Shown: positions 24,724 through 39,201, numbered from the whole stretch's first letter. The stretch: DNA of 63,614 bases, filler included, from Dugesia japonica (GCA_001938525.1; 6 parts of 6 records of this genome joined end to end with filler, not necessarily neighbours in it); one strand, 5' to 3'. A program made the numbers and translations. The notes: generated by a model not told the origin, from the sequence alone.

Positions 24724-25317
24724 AATAATTGCAATTATTGCGAGTATAATTGTTGGACGTAACCATTGATCGTTTTTCAGAATTCAATAAAATATAAGCT
24801 TCGATCAAAATTTGGTTTTTGATAATAATTCTATATTTCGACTTTGTCTTCTTTAGGAATTTACTTTTCAATAGCCAAATCATGCAAAATATAATAAAAA
24901 ATCGAAACTCAAACACAATACAAGAATTATATTTAACACGCAAGCACCTTTGAGTATCCAATTACAGAAACCAAGACAAAATTTTTGTGATCCCAAATGC
25001 ATTTGTGATGGTATAAATATATGCAATAAAAAAATATCACTTACAAAATAACATGNACCTTATGTAAGGATACATATATAGGAGAATCATTNAGAACCAT
25101 CCGTACAAGNATTAAAGAACATCTCAAACAGAAAGAAAGTGAAGTCTTCAAACACTTTTAAAACAAACATAATGTTTTACCAGAAAATCCTCATATTAAA
25201 TGGAAAACATTAGGAACAGGCTACATTTCTACACTTCACAGAAAAAAACGTGAACAAATATTAATTAAAGAGGANAAACCTAAGATAAACGTGATATTCA
25301 ATAATTACAATAATTAG
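24724..25317 (+). mobile_element. 5'-truncated Penelope-like element: inverted pLTR plus GIY-YIG endonuclease
   Basis: CDPKCICDGINICNKK/NITYKITCTLCKDTYIGESxRTIRTRIKEHLK..FKHF..REQILIKExKPKIN (absent from ORF track), preceded by the antisense hammerhead pLTR at 24724-24868. Confidence 0.9.
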
Positions 25318-27440
25318 AATTTTTTTTCCATAATTTTTTCAATAATTAAAATTATCAAAGATTTTCAATAATTACAATAAGTTTATACATTATTAATATT
25401 AAAATATTGCAATAGTAAAACTCTAATTTTTCACTAATTCTTTCAATATTTTTAGAATTATTTTAATTATTGAAAGTCTTTGAAAAAATTTTTTATTTAT
25501 TAAAAACTTTTATAGTAATTCTTGAAAATCTTTTATTTTAAAATTATTTATTTATTATTATTAATTAAATTATTTATTTATACATATAAATAAATTATTA
25601 AAATAAATAATTTTAAAATAAAAGATTTTCAAGAATTTTTCAAGAATCTGGTTTTTTAAATATTTAAATTTGTTACATAAAAATAATTTATAAAATAAAT
25701 AAATGTATATTAAAATTTTTGTATTTTTGTTATAATTTGTTAAATTATCAAATTTCTAATTTCTATTTTTAAATTTCTAATTGTCAATAAAATATTCTTT
25801 TTTACTGTATTTTTTAAAATTTTACGTTATTAAAATTTTAAATAAATGTAATTAAATAAAATATATAAAATTTTAAATAAAATAAAGTATAAAATATTGT
25901 CAATAAAATGTGTTTATTTACTGTATTTGTAAATTTTTTATTAATAAGATTTTAAAATAAAATATTTTACAAAATGCTGATATTTGATAATTTCTGTTTT
26001 GAATGAGTTTTTAAATTTGTTTGAAAAAAGCAAATTTATATTTATAGTTTTTGTATTTGTGAATAAATATTTGATGGAAACGAGTTTCGACATTAATTAT
26101 CCGATGAGTACTTCAAACTCATCTAACAACGTTTATCTTTAGTTCTGATTAAAGTAATATGCAAGTAATTGTATTGTTATATACCTTTATTATGTGTAAT
26201 ATTTTTATTGAATGTTGTATAGTTATTAGGTAATTTTAAAAATTGGTAAATATTTTTAAAATTTAATGCAATCTTTATTAGTTTAAATTTTTTAATGTAA
26301 ATATTTAGTAAAAAATTTTAATAATTAAATTTTATCGCTTTATTTTTNNNNNNNNNNNNNNNNNNNNNNNNNNNNNNNNNNNNNNNNNNNNNNNNNNNNN
26401 NNNNNNNNNNNNNNNNNNNNNNNNNNNNNNNNNNNNNNNNNNNNNNNNNNNNNNNNNNNNNNNNNNNNNNNNNNNNNNNNNNNNNNNNNNNNNNNNNNNN
26501 NNNNNNNNNNGTATTGAATTAAAAGTCTTGTTTTAGTTGATTTAAATGAAGAAGAAAACTAATAAAACTAACAATGGTAATGTAATAACTGTTATATGTT
26601 AAAGTGTAAAATTTCTCAATAATATAAGTGTCTTTCTTTTAAATAAACAATTACGATGTATTAATTAAATTTTCTACTAAAATAAAAATATTGTTATACA
26701 TTTTACAATGATTTTAATATCACCACCATGAAAAATGTCTGTATTCATGCTCATATTAATAGAGCAAAATTAATATGAACTTTTGAATATTTCTCTGTTT
26801 GGATTTTTGAAAAATATTTTTATGATTGACACCAGTAAATTCGGCGTTAAACATTTACAAAATCCATGTTACCTAGCTGTAAATATTTGGATTTTGGAAA
26901 CTGTATCTAAATTCGTCACTATCATAAATATTTCATTTATTAAATAATATTAATGTGTTTCAACTGTATATTAAATAAAGATGAATTAATTTATTTAAGA
27001 ATTTTTCTATTCCATTAAAATAAAAATAATGCATTACATTTTAGACAACAGAAATAAAAGTGAATNNNNNNNNNNNNNNNNNNNNNNNNAATATTCAATT
27101 TAAATAAAACATTAAATTGTAATAAAAAAATTCTGATGTATAAATTAATAATTTAAATAAATTGTAGTTTTTAATAATTTTTTTTGTTATTTTAATTCGG
27201 AAATTTTAGTTTAATATTAAGAAAAAATGTGTGGAATTGGTTCTAATAATTGCATTGAAATTTTTTTAATAGAAATTCATTTGATGTTCAGAAAATTTTA
27301 CAGATTTTATTATGATTTCATTTTCTAAATTTATTCTTTTCAGTTCACAACTTATTATATGCGCTACACATAAATGTAGTGGTAGTCAACACATTCACAT
27401 GACCTGGTTTATATTTGTTGGGATTAATAAATATTATTTA

Positions 27441-28405
27441 TTAGGTTGTGCGAAAAGTTCTTTCTGATTTTTATTTTGAAATAAAAGCAATTTTTTAAAA
27501 AACAGAAAATGTTTATTCTAAAACATATTGGTGATTTTTATCGATAAATCGTTGCTATCTCTCTGTCAATATCATGATTCCCTTTTCATAAAATTTCTGA
27601 TTTCTTTCAACAAAATATGCTTCCAGATAGGTTATGATACTGTCATCTAAGGTAAAGGTTTTCCCATCAAAAGAGTTTTGTAGAGACCGAAACAGATAGT
27701 TTTCTGGTATTGCCATATCAGGATTATGGGGTGCGTGTGGCCGCAAATCAAAACCTAGTTCCAATCATTTTTGTCTAGTCTTAAAAAAGGTTTGAGGTTT
27801 TGCGTTGTTGTCATGAAAAACAACACCTCCACTATTTTCTGTTTTTGGAAGTTTCTGATGCAAGAAATCCTGTTATTTTTTAGTCGCTGATAATAAATCT
27901 CGAGTCGGTTGTAATGTTAAGTGGTAAGAGTTTAAAATACACAATTCACTTATAATCACACCATATTGATAACATGATCTTTTCTGTTGAGTTTCAGCTT
28001 TTGTTGTTGTTTGAGATAGCATTCAGGCTTGGGGTTTGATCTTTTACATTTAACATTATTATATAAAGTCCATTTTTCTTCCCCGGTTATGAGTTTTTTT
28101 TCAAAAATGGATTGTTCTGATTATGTTTTAAGAGCATATCACAGAAATTGATTGTTTGAATTAAATGATTTTTCTTCAATTCTAATATCAAACTTCTATA
28201 CATATCCAAGTCTTTTCAATTCGTCCTTCACAATTGCTTTCGATAATTTTAACTGCCTTATTTCACGAATCGTTGCTTGTATGTCTATCGATTTTAATGA
28301 TAGCCTTCACTTAGTCATTAGATGTTTCCAATGGTCTACCAGAATGTACGGCATTTCTTCAAGTGAGAAATTTCCAGCAATAAAGTTTTTATACCAATTT
28401 TAAAG
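27441..28405 (-). mobile_element. Mariner transposon remnant
   Basis: TA-TTAGGTTGTGCGAAAAGTTC TIR; VVFHDNNAKP, ELGFDLRPHAPHNPDMAIPENYLFRSLQN..FYEKGIMIL. Confidence 0.88.
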
Positions 28406-29973
28406 CCTCTGGTACAAAATTTATTAACAAAAAGTATTATTAAAGTAAATTTACCCGAATCACCGTTATTAGTTAAATTAGGAACGTCACAATTTTCATT
28501 AAGTTTTATTTATTATCATAATTGTTTTATTAAAGAAAAAAAGGCAAGAATACACATATACACATACGATAATTGTTTTAATAATCTTTCAAATAATTTA
28601 ATAATTCAAAATAATTTTCCAAATAATTTTTACTATTTTTAAAAATCGGTAATATATATATTTCAAAAAAATGTTACTAATATAAAAGATATTTTTATTA
28701 AAAATAATTTTTTTACAATACAATATAAAATATATTTACACCAATTTAAATTTTCACATAAAAGACTTTCGACTTCTATTTTTTAAGTCTCCTATATACT
28801 TTGTTTTTAATATAAAATATTTCAATAATTAATTTTTATATGTTAATATATAATATATATCAAATTATTAAATTAAAAAATTCTCAAGATATCAGCTAAA
28901 CGCTGATCTAAGAATTTGATTTATTTTTCTTAAAAATAGTCTTCTGATAATTCATGCTATTAATTTTAAAGTGAAAAGTATATTTAATACAACACTGTTG
29001 ATTTCTCTTCGTAGATGATATTCAGAAAATAGATATGAATCTCTTGGCGGTTCTTCTAAAATTGATACTTCAATGAAGTGACAGTACTTCCCTCATTTCT
29101 TGAACGCTTGTACGCCTCTCTTTTTGTCTCGGTTCCAATGTCACACGATCATCGCTTATTTAGTTAGGTAATTAATTAACGAGATGATCAACATTGTCAA
29201 GTTGAGCCATAGTAAGGTATTATGATAATTACCATGGTATAGATTATTACCATTAGTTATTTGTAGGCTTGGGTGGCATTGGCAGATATTTAAAACAAAC
29301 TTGTAATCTGTTTGAACCGCTAATGATTTTTAAAAATATAAAATAAAGACATAAAACCTTTTTAATGAATATATTTCGACAAGAATATAATTTATATATT
29401 TAGACAGAATATTATACTATAATAACAAAATAATAAAAAACTATTTGCATTTGGTACAAAAACTTATATTCAAACGTAAACCGTATTCTGGGACAGAAAA
29501 AGTGTATAAATTCAATATTTCATCAAATCAAATAATAAAACAATTTATATTTCAGATATGGATTAAGAATATTACTACTACAGTTCCACAAATCGATACA
29601 ATTCTCTTTCATCCAGATGTTAATCAATTAAATTCCTTTCAAAACGATTCTACTGCAGTTTTATTAACTCTGTCCGAATACAAAACAATTTTAAATTTTA
29701 TTTCTAAACCCAAACCCTGATTTATATGAGATAAATGTTTTAGATCTCATGATTTATTCTTAAATGATATGTAAGATTCTCTGATATTTTAAAACTAAGA
29801 TTATGAAAAATTATTTATATTTGTCTAATAGAGTATTTATGTTGCAATGTTATTCACTTTTATATATCCATTTACTAAATTATAAATGCGTGGTTATTTA
29901 AATTAACATATCAGTTTATTAACTTTTATATATTAATAAATTAAGCTTTTTAATTAATTAATTATTATTATTA

Positions 29974-30182
29974 TTTTACAATTACAATTATTGCCAGAGT
30001 AATTGTTGGGCGTAACCATTGATCGTTTTTCAGAATTCATTAAAATAAAAGATTCGATCAAAATTTGTTTATGATAATTCTAATTTTTGACTTTGTCTTC
30101 GTCAGGAATTGACTTTTCGACAAAGTCGAAAATTAGAATTATCATAAACAAAGTTTCATCGAAGCTTTTATTTTAATGAATT
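29974..30182. mobile_element. PLE inverted-pLTR hairpin (family of 6885)
   Basis: Same head plus palindrome; hammerhead variant with GAAA-AT-TA. Confidence 0.8.
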
Positions 30183-30208
30183 ATTATTATTGTTATTATT
30201 ATTATTAC

Positions 30209-30253
<45 letters not shown>

Positions 30254-30492
30254 NNNNNNNNNNNNNNNNNNNNNNNNNNNNNNNNNNNNNNNNNNNNNNN
30301 NNNNNNNNNNNNNNNNNNNNNNNNNNNNNNNNNNNNNNNNNNNNNNNNNNNNNNACAAAATAGAAAATTTATTCCTGAAATTAACAAAATAGAAAATTTA
30401 TTCCTGAAATTAACAAAATAGAAAATTTTTTATAGAAATAGAAAATTTATTTTGTTAATTTCATGAAAAAATTTTTTATTTTGTTAATTGCC

Positions 30493-30549
<57 letters not shown>
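30180..30549 (+). repeat. (ATT)n microsatellites (30180-30253, 30493-30549; also 31621-31800, 34135-34285, 39206-39355, 42053-42082, 47293-47473, 54991-55168)
   Basis: Long trinucleotide arrays, most spanning or abutting N gaps. Confidence 0.97.
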
Positions 30550-31619
30550 GTAAATTGAAATTTTTATTGTAATTGATAAATTAATATAACTTTCTCTAAT
30601 TAATTCTTTTACTTAATCGTAATGAATGATTAATATTAATTTTCGTTAAATAATGGCCAATTGATAATTAAATAGATTGAGTAACAAATTCTCAGTAACG
30701 AACCATTATAGTCATGTTTAATTAATATTTTATTTTTTCTAGTTATAATGATTTATAATAAGGATTTGTAATCATAAAATAAAGATATCCCTCCCTTTTA
30801 ATCTGAGCAAAATAAGTCAACTCTAATTAGTAACTTTGCAATAATGATGATAATGATGATAGTAATAATAACGACCCAAATTAATGATGATAATAATTAA
30901 TAATAATAACAATTACCCATGATAATAATTAATTGAGTGATAGTTTCAAGCCTCAATAATTATAAGATTGATCCTTAATAGTTGATAAAAATTAGTAATA
31001 ATAATCTTCTTTAATGAACTCGGGTTATTCAATAAGTAATAATTTCACTTATTAGTAATAATTGAAGTAATGACATAGGTTGATAAGGATTAATGATTAA
31101 TAATAACTCACGGTAGTAATGTTTAATTAATTACAACGAGGTATGCTGATAATTTCTAATTATAAAATCAGAGCGTCGGGATAATAATAATAATAAACTC
31201 ACACATCCCATCTGCCATAATCCATAATCCTCACGAATAACTTTCAATTATAACAATAATAGCCATAACTTCAATAATAACTTTTTGATAACATGATAAA
31301 ATAACAATCATCATAATGAATATAGTAATAAGGGTAATAAGGATCGGATATAGATATACGATTCAGAAGTACTGTCATCGTCATCAGTGACTAATAAGCA
31401 ATAAGGGTTAAGAGGGCCTCATAACGTAAAGCGACTATTATGAAAATTGGATCCCAAACCAAAGTAATGCGAGCATGTACTCAATCTACGGGTTGTGAGT
31501 CACTGGTTCCATTCTGAAAATCTAGATTTGGGACTCTAGATTCAAATTCTTTGCGGGGTTTTACTTGGCCAGACCACCCTAGACATACCTTAAAAAAGCG
31601 AGCTACTTAGATGAAACCA

Positions 31620-31683
<64 letters not shown>

Positions 31684-31742
31684 NNNNNNNNNNNNNNNNN
31701 NNNNNNNNNNNNNNNNNNNNNNNNNNNNNNNNNTTATTATTA

Positions 31743-31798
<56 letters not shown>

Positions 31799-33097
31799 AA
31801 TAATAATTATTTCTAATAAATAATCGTATTGGTACGGAAACAAAGAAAGCATATTTCAAAAATCCATAAATCTGATATTGTTTATCAAATTTTTAAAGAA
31901 AACCATATTTCAGGTTTCTCGTTCCCCATTCTACTTAACTTAACTTTATATTTTATGAGTTGGGTAATGCTCCAGAATCTATAATTTATAATCATTTTGA
32001 TTCTTCCTCTTGTTCTTCTATAGCAAGATCAATACTAGATTGTTGTCGAATAGCTAAAACTCCTTGTAAAGATCTTGTATTTCCAGAAATAATTAAAGTA
32101 TGATAGTTTTCATATTCATTATTTTAAAAGAGAACCACGAAAGCATTTTATTATATTGTTTTGTAGGAATGTTAGGAAAAATTACATNNNNNNNNNNNNN
32201 NNNNNNNNNNNNNNNNNNNNNNNNNNNNNNNNNNNNNTGAGAATAAATAAAATAAGGAAAAAACGGGTATATGAAAAATAATAAATGGGTATGAAAGCGA
32301 ATAACGCTGTAGAATACAATATTGAACGTTATTGTTTGAATTTTATATATTGGAAATTGTTATTTTCACTGATTGATATATAGATTTTATTATTATTTTC
32401 ATTACTAGTTTTTTAAAATTTTAATGTTTTAATATTTAGAATTATGAGATAATCCAATCATTATTCATTTAACTTCATATTTTTATTGATGACTTTATTG
32501 GCCTTGTTCTAATATGTACTATTAAAAGTAAAAAATCTAAATGAGTAATTTGATTTTTCCTGTATAATTGTGTCAAAATTTTGATGCAAATAAATGCTAT
32601 TGTCTTTTCTATATGGGTTTCATTCGATTTTATTTTTTTAATTTACCTAAAATGAGTAATTGTACATTAATTACAATAGTTTGTATTGGTCATTTGATTC
32701 TTGTTTTTATTTTCATAAATTTNNNNNNNNNNNNNNNNNNNNNNNNNNNNNNNNNNNNNNNNNNNNTTAATTAATTAANNNNNNNNNNNNNNNNNNNNNN
32801 NNNNNNNNNNNNNNNNNNNNNNATTTTAATACAATATAATTTACATTTTTTTAAAATTCTAACAAAATTTAAACCTAAATTTTCATTTAAATTCATTTTA
32901 TAATTTATTAAAATATTTTACAAAAAATAAATAAAAATTGATTTAAAATTCTGTGTTTATTAATCTATATTTATGATCAAAAAAAGTAAACAAAGTTTTT
33001 CGTGTTATATCCTACGAGGATTTATAATTATGCTATAAATTTATAATTATTAATTATCAATCTGAATTTCATCAATTACAAAATTATACATATTTAG

Positions 33098-33260
33098 AAT
33101 TCAATTCTGTCCTTGGATAACTTTATTATATGGATAAAAGAAAATCCCACATTTAATGAGATATCAAGATGGCTGTTAACAGCAGATTTTAATCCGCCTC
33201 TTCTTACAGACGACAGTGTTCCTCAGGATATTTATCAGTTGGTTGCTGGAGTAACTCATC
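33098..33260 (+). CDS. USP32: Ubiquitin-specific protease 32, internal exon
   Basis: ag|NSILSLDNFIIWIKENPTFNEISRWLLTADFNPPLLTDDSVPQDIYQLVAGVTH|gtgag; matches the USP32 SRWLL..LTDDS..YQxLAGVTHL segment. Confidence 0.88.
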
Positions 33261-34131
33261 GTGAGATAAATTGAATTTACAATTTCTTTAAAAACAATAT
33301 TTTTAAAAGAAAACTTTTTCATTTATTCTTTATTTATAAATAATTCAAACTAAATATTTTCCAATAAAATTCTAATTAATATTTTCATTTTTAATGNGGT
33401 TTAGTGACCGGATATCAAAATTTTGGTAAACAAATTTTGGCTATAATTATTTTACAATTGCAATTATTGCGAGAAATTATTTTTTGTTCATTTTTTTTCA
33501 AATAATTATTTTGTTTATTATTTTTATTAAATATTTTTTATTAAACCTTTTTCTATTTTAAAACTAAATTTTCAATATACTAATTATAGTTTTATTTTAA
33601 AATATTATTTTACAACCTGATTAATAAATGAAATAGAAAATGTGTAAAATACAAAATTCAAGAACAATAATTCTCTATTATTTATAACAGATCAAGCATA
33701 AAAAATATTGTTTTCCAATTTTCACAATTGCTAATAAAATTCAATAAATGGCTTTTCCTAATCGTTAAAAATATTGATTTAGAATAATTTTCTTTGATTA
33801 TAAATAATTTATTTTATCTGAACAATAATGAAGCTATATAGTTTTATTACATTTCTTTTTTCATAAGAAAATTATTTTCTCTTTAAAATTAATATTAAAA
33901 AGTTTACTTTTAAAATTTGAGTTGCAGATTTTATGTTTTTAATGAGCTTTGTTAAAATTGAATGAAAATAAAATTCGTTTTTGCTTAATTCTTTCGATAC
34001 TGCATATTTTGACCACGAATATAATGTTTATATTGTTTAAATAGAATGAAACCCCTAATTGTATCAAAAACTATTGTCCCATTATTTCTTCTTTAAAAAA
34101 ACTATTTCTTCATTATTATGATTATTTAAAC

Positions 34132-34170
<39 letters not shown>

Positions 34171-34220
34171 NNNNNNNNNNNNNNNNNNNNNNNNNNNNNN
34201 NNNNNNNNNNNNNNNNNNNN

Positions 34221-34275
<55 letters not shown>

Positions 34276-34925
34276 GTTATTATTATAATTGTTAAATATG
34301 AATAAGAAAACTATTTTTTTATATTTTATGTATTGGCATGAGGTATATCAATTACCTAATTGATCTTGTTGCAATTATATCATCAAACAGTCAAACATAT
34401 CAGTTTTTTCAGACATACACGCAAACATAAAATTACGTAATAGTACATTTTTAATTATAATTAAGTTAATTAATCGCGTGTATTTATTGTCATTATACAA
34501 TTAATATTGAATATGTTAATAGATGAATCATACCTAATTATCTTATAAATCCATATCCCTAGATGGACATTAAATTCAGGAATGGAACTAAAATATCCAG
34601 AAAGAATGTCTACGGGAAAACATATCGTAGTATGTTATTATCTTAGCAAAATAGCATCAACAAACACCATAGAAGCAGTAACAGATTTTTTTAATAAAAA
34701 ATAGGCAACTTGGCCTAGATTTATGATTTACAATAGATTCATTTTTGCAAAACATCTTATTGGTAAACAATATGAATCAATATAAATATCATAATATATA
34801 AACAAAAAAATGGCTTCAAATTTTTTATAAATTTCAAATAAAAAAATGTAAAGTAATTTAAAAAGAATAGGTCAAAGAAATTTACACTTTTCTTTTATAA
34901 ACTTATAAATTAATTTCTTATTTAG

Positions 34926-35054
34926 TTGACGAATTCGAAATAATCGAATTAGAGAAAACTTATCATAGATTGGTGTTTGGTCTCACAAAAAATTTGAATT
35001 TAACTGGATTTACTGAATTGGTTTGTCCACCATTACCTGAAACTATAGTGGAAA
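34926..35054 (+). CDS. USP32: USP32 internal exon
   Basis: (L)DEFEIIELEKTYHRL..FTELVCPPLPETIVE|gtaag; phase 1-1, compatible with neighbouring exons. Confidence 0.88.
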
Positions 35055-36204
35055 GTAAGTAAAAATTATTAGAATATTTATTTAAAATTATTATTGCCAG
35101 TTAAATTTTATTTTAACGAATGAATAATAAAATTGTTATTAATGAATAATTAAATAGTCAGGAAAGAATGTCCTACAGAAATTAATTAGTGTTTTCATGA
35201 TATTATCGTTAATGAGAATATCTTTATATTTTAGAAATAATGAAATATTTTTGTGGATTTTTTAATTTATCTAAATTATATTTATGAATATAATTAAAAT
35301 TTTTTTAAATTAATATTTTATAGAAATTAATAATTTTTTTATTAACTTAAATTGACATTATTTTATTGTCAATANNNNNNNNNNNNNNNNNNNNNNNNNN
35401 NTTTTTATTTTCTTTTTTAATTTTATATTTTATTCAGTCAAATTAGTTAAATTGGTTTTGATTATTATTTTTCAGAAAAGTACAATCAATGAAGAGTAAA
35501 TGAAGAGTTAATTCTTAAGATATTCGTTTTTCTGGTCACCAAAAATTTTAGCGGGATTTTTTTAAAATCAATTTTCTTAACTCCTTACAAGTGATCCATC
35601 AGAAAAATCATATCATTTTTACTTCAAAATCTTTTCTATTTTCCATATTTTTAATATTGTATCGGAGGACCGCAACAATAAAAAACTATTTTTCATAGGG
35701 CGCACACAAATTCATTTTGAAGTATATTATTTTCTAAATACAAACAAAATTCAAAACTTAAAATATAACAACAAAATAATTTGTTTTTTGAAAACACTGC
35801 ATTCTAAATATTTTTTATATCTGTACATCATACATTATATATCATTTTGATTTTTAAAAAGAATAATAATTTTTTGGTGTTTATTATATACTTATCATAA
35901 TCACATAAAATAGATAATTTTTTGTGGATTATACAAACAACCGAATATTTGTATTGCATTAAATTAAAATTTCCAAAGTTTGAAAAGGCCACACAACAAC
36001 TAAAAAAGGGCCGCATGCGGCTCTGGTGCCAAATTTTCTCCACCCACACATTATACTTTTCTATTTTAATTTGGAAAATACATTTTATTATTTCTAAAGA
36101 TGATTTTTCTTTAAATTCAAATGTAATTTGTTTACATAACTTGTTTATTAAAGTTTGTTTATAATGGTTTAAAAGTAATTTATATAATTTTTTAATAATA
36201 TATA

Positions 36205-37445
36205 TTAGACTGGTAAGAAAACAATTGCGGTTTTTAACATATAAAAGTAAAAGTAAAAATCTCGGAAAACATAAAGAAATTTTTTTTCAAAATATGAACC
36301 AGTACAATCAATACATTTCTCCCAACAAGAAATAAGTTTATTTATGCCAATAGCATAGAAATCCACTGTCCTGGATTTGACGAAGGCATTTTTAACATCG
36401 TTGTCGTTATGTAAGACTTTATTTNNNNNNNNNNNNNNNNNNNNNNNNNNNNNNNNNNNNNNGTTGGCGACAGGTCCGGGGAGTATGGTGGATGAGGCAG
36501 ACTTTCAAATCCTAAATCATTTAGTTTCTGCAGGGATAATTTTGTGACGTGTGGATGGGCATGGTCGTGAAGAATAATGGGATATTTTCTGTTAACTAAT
36601 GTAGCGCACATAGATTTCAATTTGTGGTGCATTTCATCAATTTCTTGACAATATTTTCACCTTGATTTAAAAATTTGTAATGAATTAGACCGGCTATGGA
36701 CCACCAAACCGTCATCATTGTCTTTTTTTGATGCAATTTCAACTTTGGAAAATGATATGGTGCTTCNCCTTCTTCCAACCATTGTGATTCCCGCTTTCTA
36801 TTGTCTTATACAATACATTTTTTGTCGCAAGTTACAATGCAATCAAGAAATGGATTGGTTTTATTTTTAAACAGATTCGCCGAGTAGATCCTCGTAACGG
36901 CGGTTTTTCTGAAAATTGTTCATTTCATGCGCAACCCATTTATCGAGCTTCCGTACTTTTCCAAGTTGATGGAGGTGGTATAAAGCTGNTACATGACTTA
37001 CGCCTAAATTTTTCCCAAGCTCCCGAGTTGTTGCGCGTGGACCTGCTTCNATCATTACCTTCAAATCGTCCTTGCTAACCTCTGATGGGCGTCCCCGACC
37101 TTCGCCATCTTCAAGGTTCTCATCTCAACTCCTCAATTTTTTAAACCAAAATTGCACCGTTCTTTCTTTAGCAGTTTCATTGTCGAATGCGTTGTTGACT
37201 TTCTAAGTCGTCTCTGGTGCTTTAGATCCCAGTTTAAATTCATATAGGAAAATTGCGCGTATTTGATATTTATCCNNNNNNNNTTTTTCACAATAAAATA
37301 GTAATAAAAATAAAATATTACCTGTATAATGTAGAATTGAATATCCGCTTCAAAATGACATATAGATCAATATATTAAAACGAATGGTTCTTTTAAATAA
37401 ATACTTTTAAAGTAATATTATATAAAACCGCAATTAATTTGTGAA
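36205..37445 (-). mobile_element. Near full-length mariner (cecropia/Hsmar1-like), antisense in a USP32 intron
   Basis: IRAIFLYEFKLG, GRGRPS, KWVAHE, IVTCDKK, TVWWS, ILHDHAHPH, HPPYSPDLSP; TIR core AATTGCGGTTTT at both ends. Confidence 0.93.
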
Positions 37446-39201
37446 TTGGGACAATTTTTTTATGAACTTTTTCCATAAAATTTCATATTGATTTACAAAG
37501 AAAAATTATCAAAATCTGGAAATAACTATTATTTAAATTTGAACTGCAAGTTATTGAAATTGTTCTTGTTAACATTTTACTTTTAAAAAGATCCAATTAT
37601 AATAAAAAATGTTTTTGGTATAAATTTTTTGATCACTGTTTAGTAAATAAAATTACTGTTCCATTTATTACAAACAAAAAATATTTCATTTCTATTCTTT
37701 TACATTTTGTAAAGATCAGAGATTAAAGAAATATTTCTATTCATATAAACTCTTATGATTATAAATTACTTTGGCGAAACACACAAAGGGTAAAATATTT
37801 GTTATCGTCATAAATATTTTTACAATTTACCAATGTGGTGCCAATTCTTTTATTTATTATGTCATTCACAAAGTAATATATTTCTGGTTTCCTTGTATAC
37901 ATAATTTCTTATTTTTATGAAATATTGTTTATTGAATTTTATTAAATAAACAGCAAAACTAGAAATTATCAATATTATTATATAATTCAACATTTTATGG
38001 GACTATTACAAAATTTCTATTAATTAAGCACGTACCGAAGAAAAAAGTTTATTATTCATTTTCTTTAAGTTATCCTTTTTTTTACCTAATTATTAAGATT
38101 TCTTTGATTTTATGAAATTTATGGAAATTCTGAAAGTGCTGGAAATTAATGAAATATTTGAATTAATATTTTTTTATAAGAAATTTGAGAGTAAAATTAA
38201 TTTTTGAAAGTATTTAAATTAATAAAAGTAAATAAACTATAGTGTTTGTTTAGAAAGATGTCTGTGCAATCTTAATTTTATCATCGGAAAAGTCAACCAC
38301 GCAATATACGAACGCATTCCATTGATTTTGATTCTATTCGTAGCAATAGAAAATCGTAAATTTATCAGACATATAATCAGAACTGATTTTAACTTTGACG
38401 AAATTCATATTTTGTAACTGGTAGTGATTCAATTAACATCTTCTGTGACCGATCATTGACCCAAAAGTGGGAATTAGGGTCAGCTTAAGGAAGAGGCGAA
38501 CCGAGTAACCACCCAGAGCACTGAAATCTATTTGTAAAGTCAAGTATATTAAATGCGTAGTATGAAAAATTTGCTTTGCTATTGATACCAACCTTCTACT
38601 TATTAAATCTTATTTACATTTCGAAAGAAATGACATAAATCCACAAAACATCAATTTTTTTATGTATTTCGGAAAAGAGTTCCACATTATGAATTTATAA
38701 TATTGACAATTATAATATGATAATAGTATTATCTAAAATTAAAAAAATGGTAATGTTTTCGGTTGAAATTTACTCTACGTGACTACTGGCCAGGACAACA
38801 CAACTGAAATCCATATTTTAATTTAAAAACTGAGGAACCGAAGGTGAGGGCACTAAAATTTATTTGTGCCCGGGGCCCTTAAAAACTTTTTACTTGCTGT
38901 GGTGGTGATCGAACAATATCTTAATTCTTAGGAACTCTATGTATTTACTGTCCTCGTCCAATTCTTAGGAATTTTGAACGCGTTTTTATAGAAGACTCAT
39001 TTCGTTGAGACGTTTCTTCAAAATAGATGTGTGATAATCTCGTGCCTTCTTTCAACATTAAATCTAAATTTTCCTGTGATTATAATTATTATTTTTTTCT
39101 TCCTATTCTTCTTTGTATTCTTCTTTTTCCTATTCTTCTTATTCTTATTCTTCTTATTCTTTTTCTTCCTATTCATCTTCGTATTCTTCTTATTCTTCTT
39201 C

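Noticed and set aside
26100-26125. CCGATGA..CAAA as a hammerhead
   Set aside because: Both copies lack CUGA and GAAA and have no stem I; treated as a simple hairpin
22887-29720. Candidate host exons (22887-23090, 29403-29720; also 3262-3375 and 57588-57800)
   Set aside because: Plausible splice sites but no identifiable homology; cannot be supported
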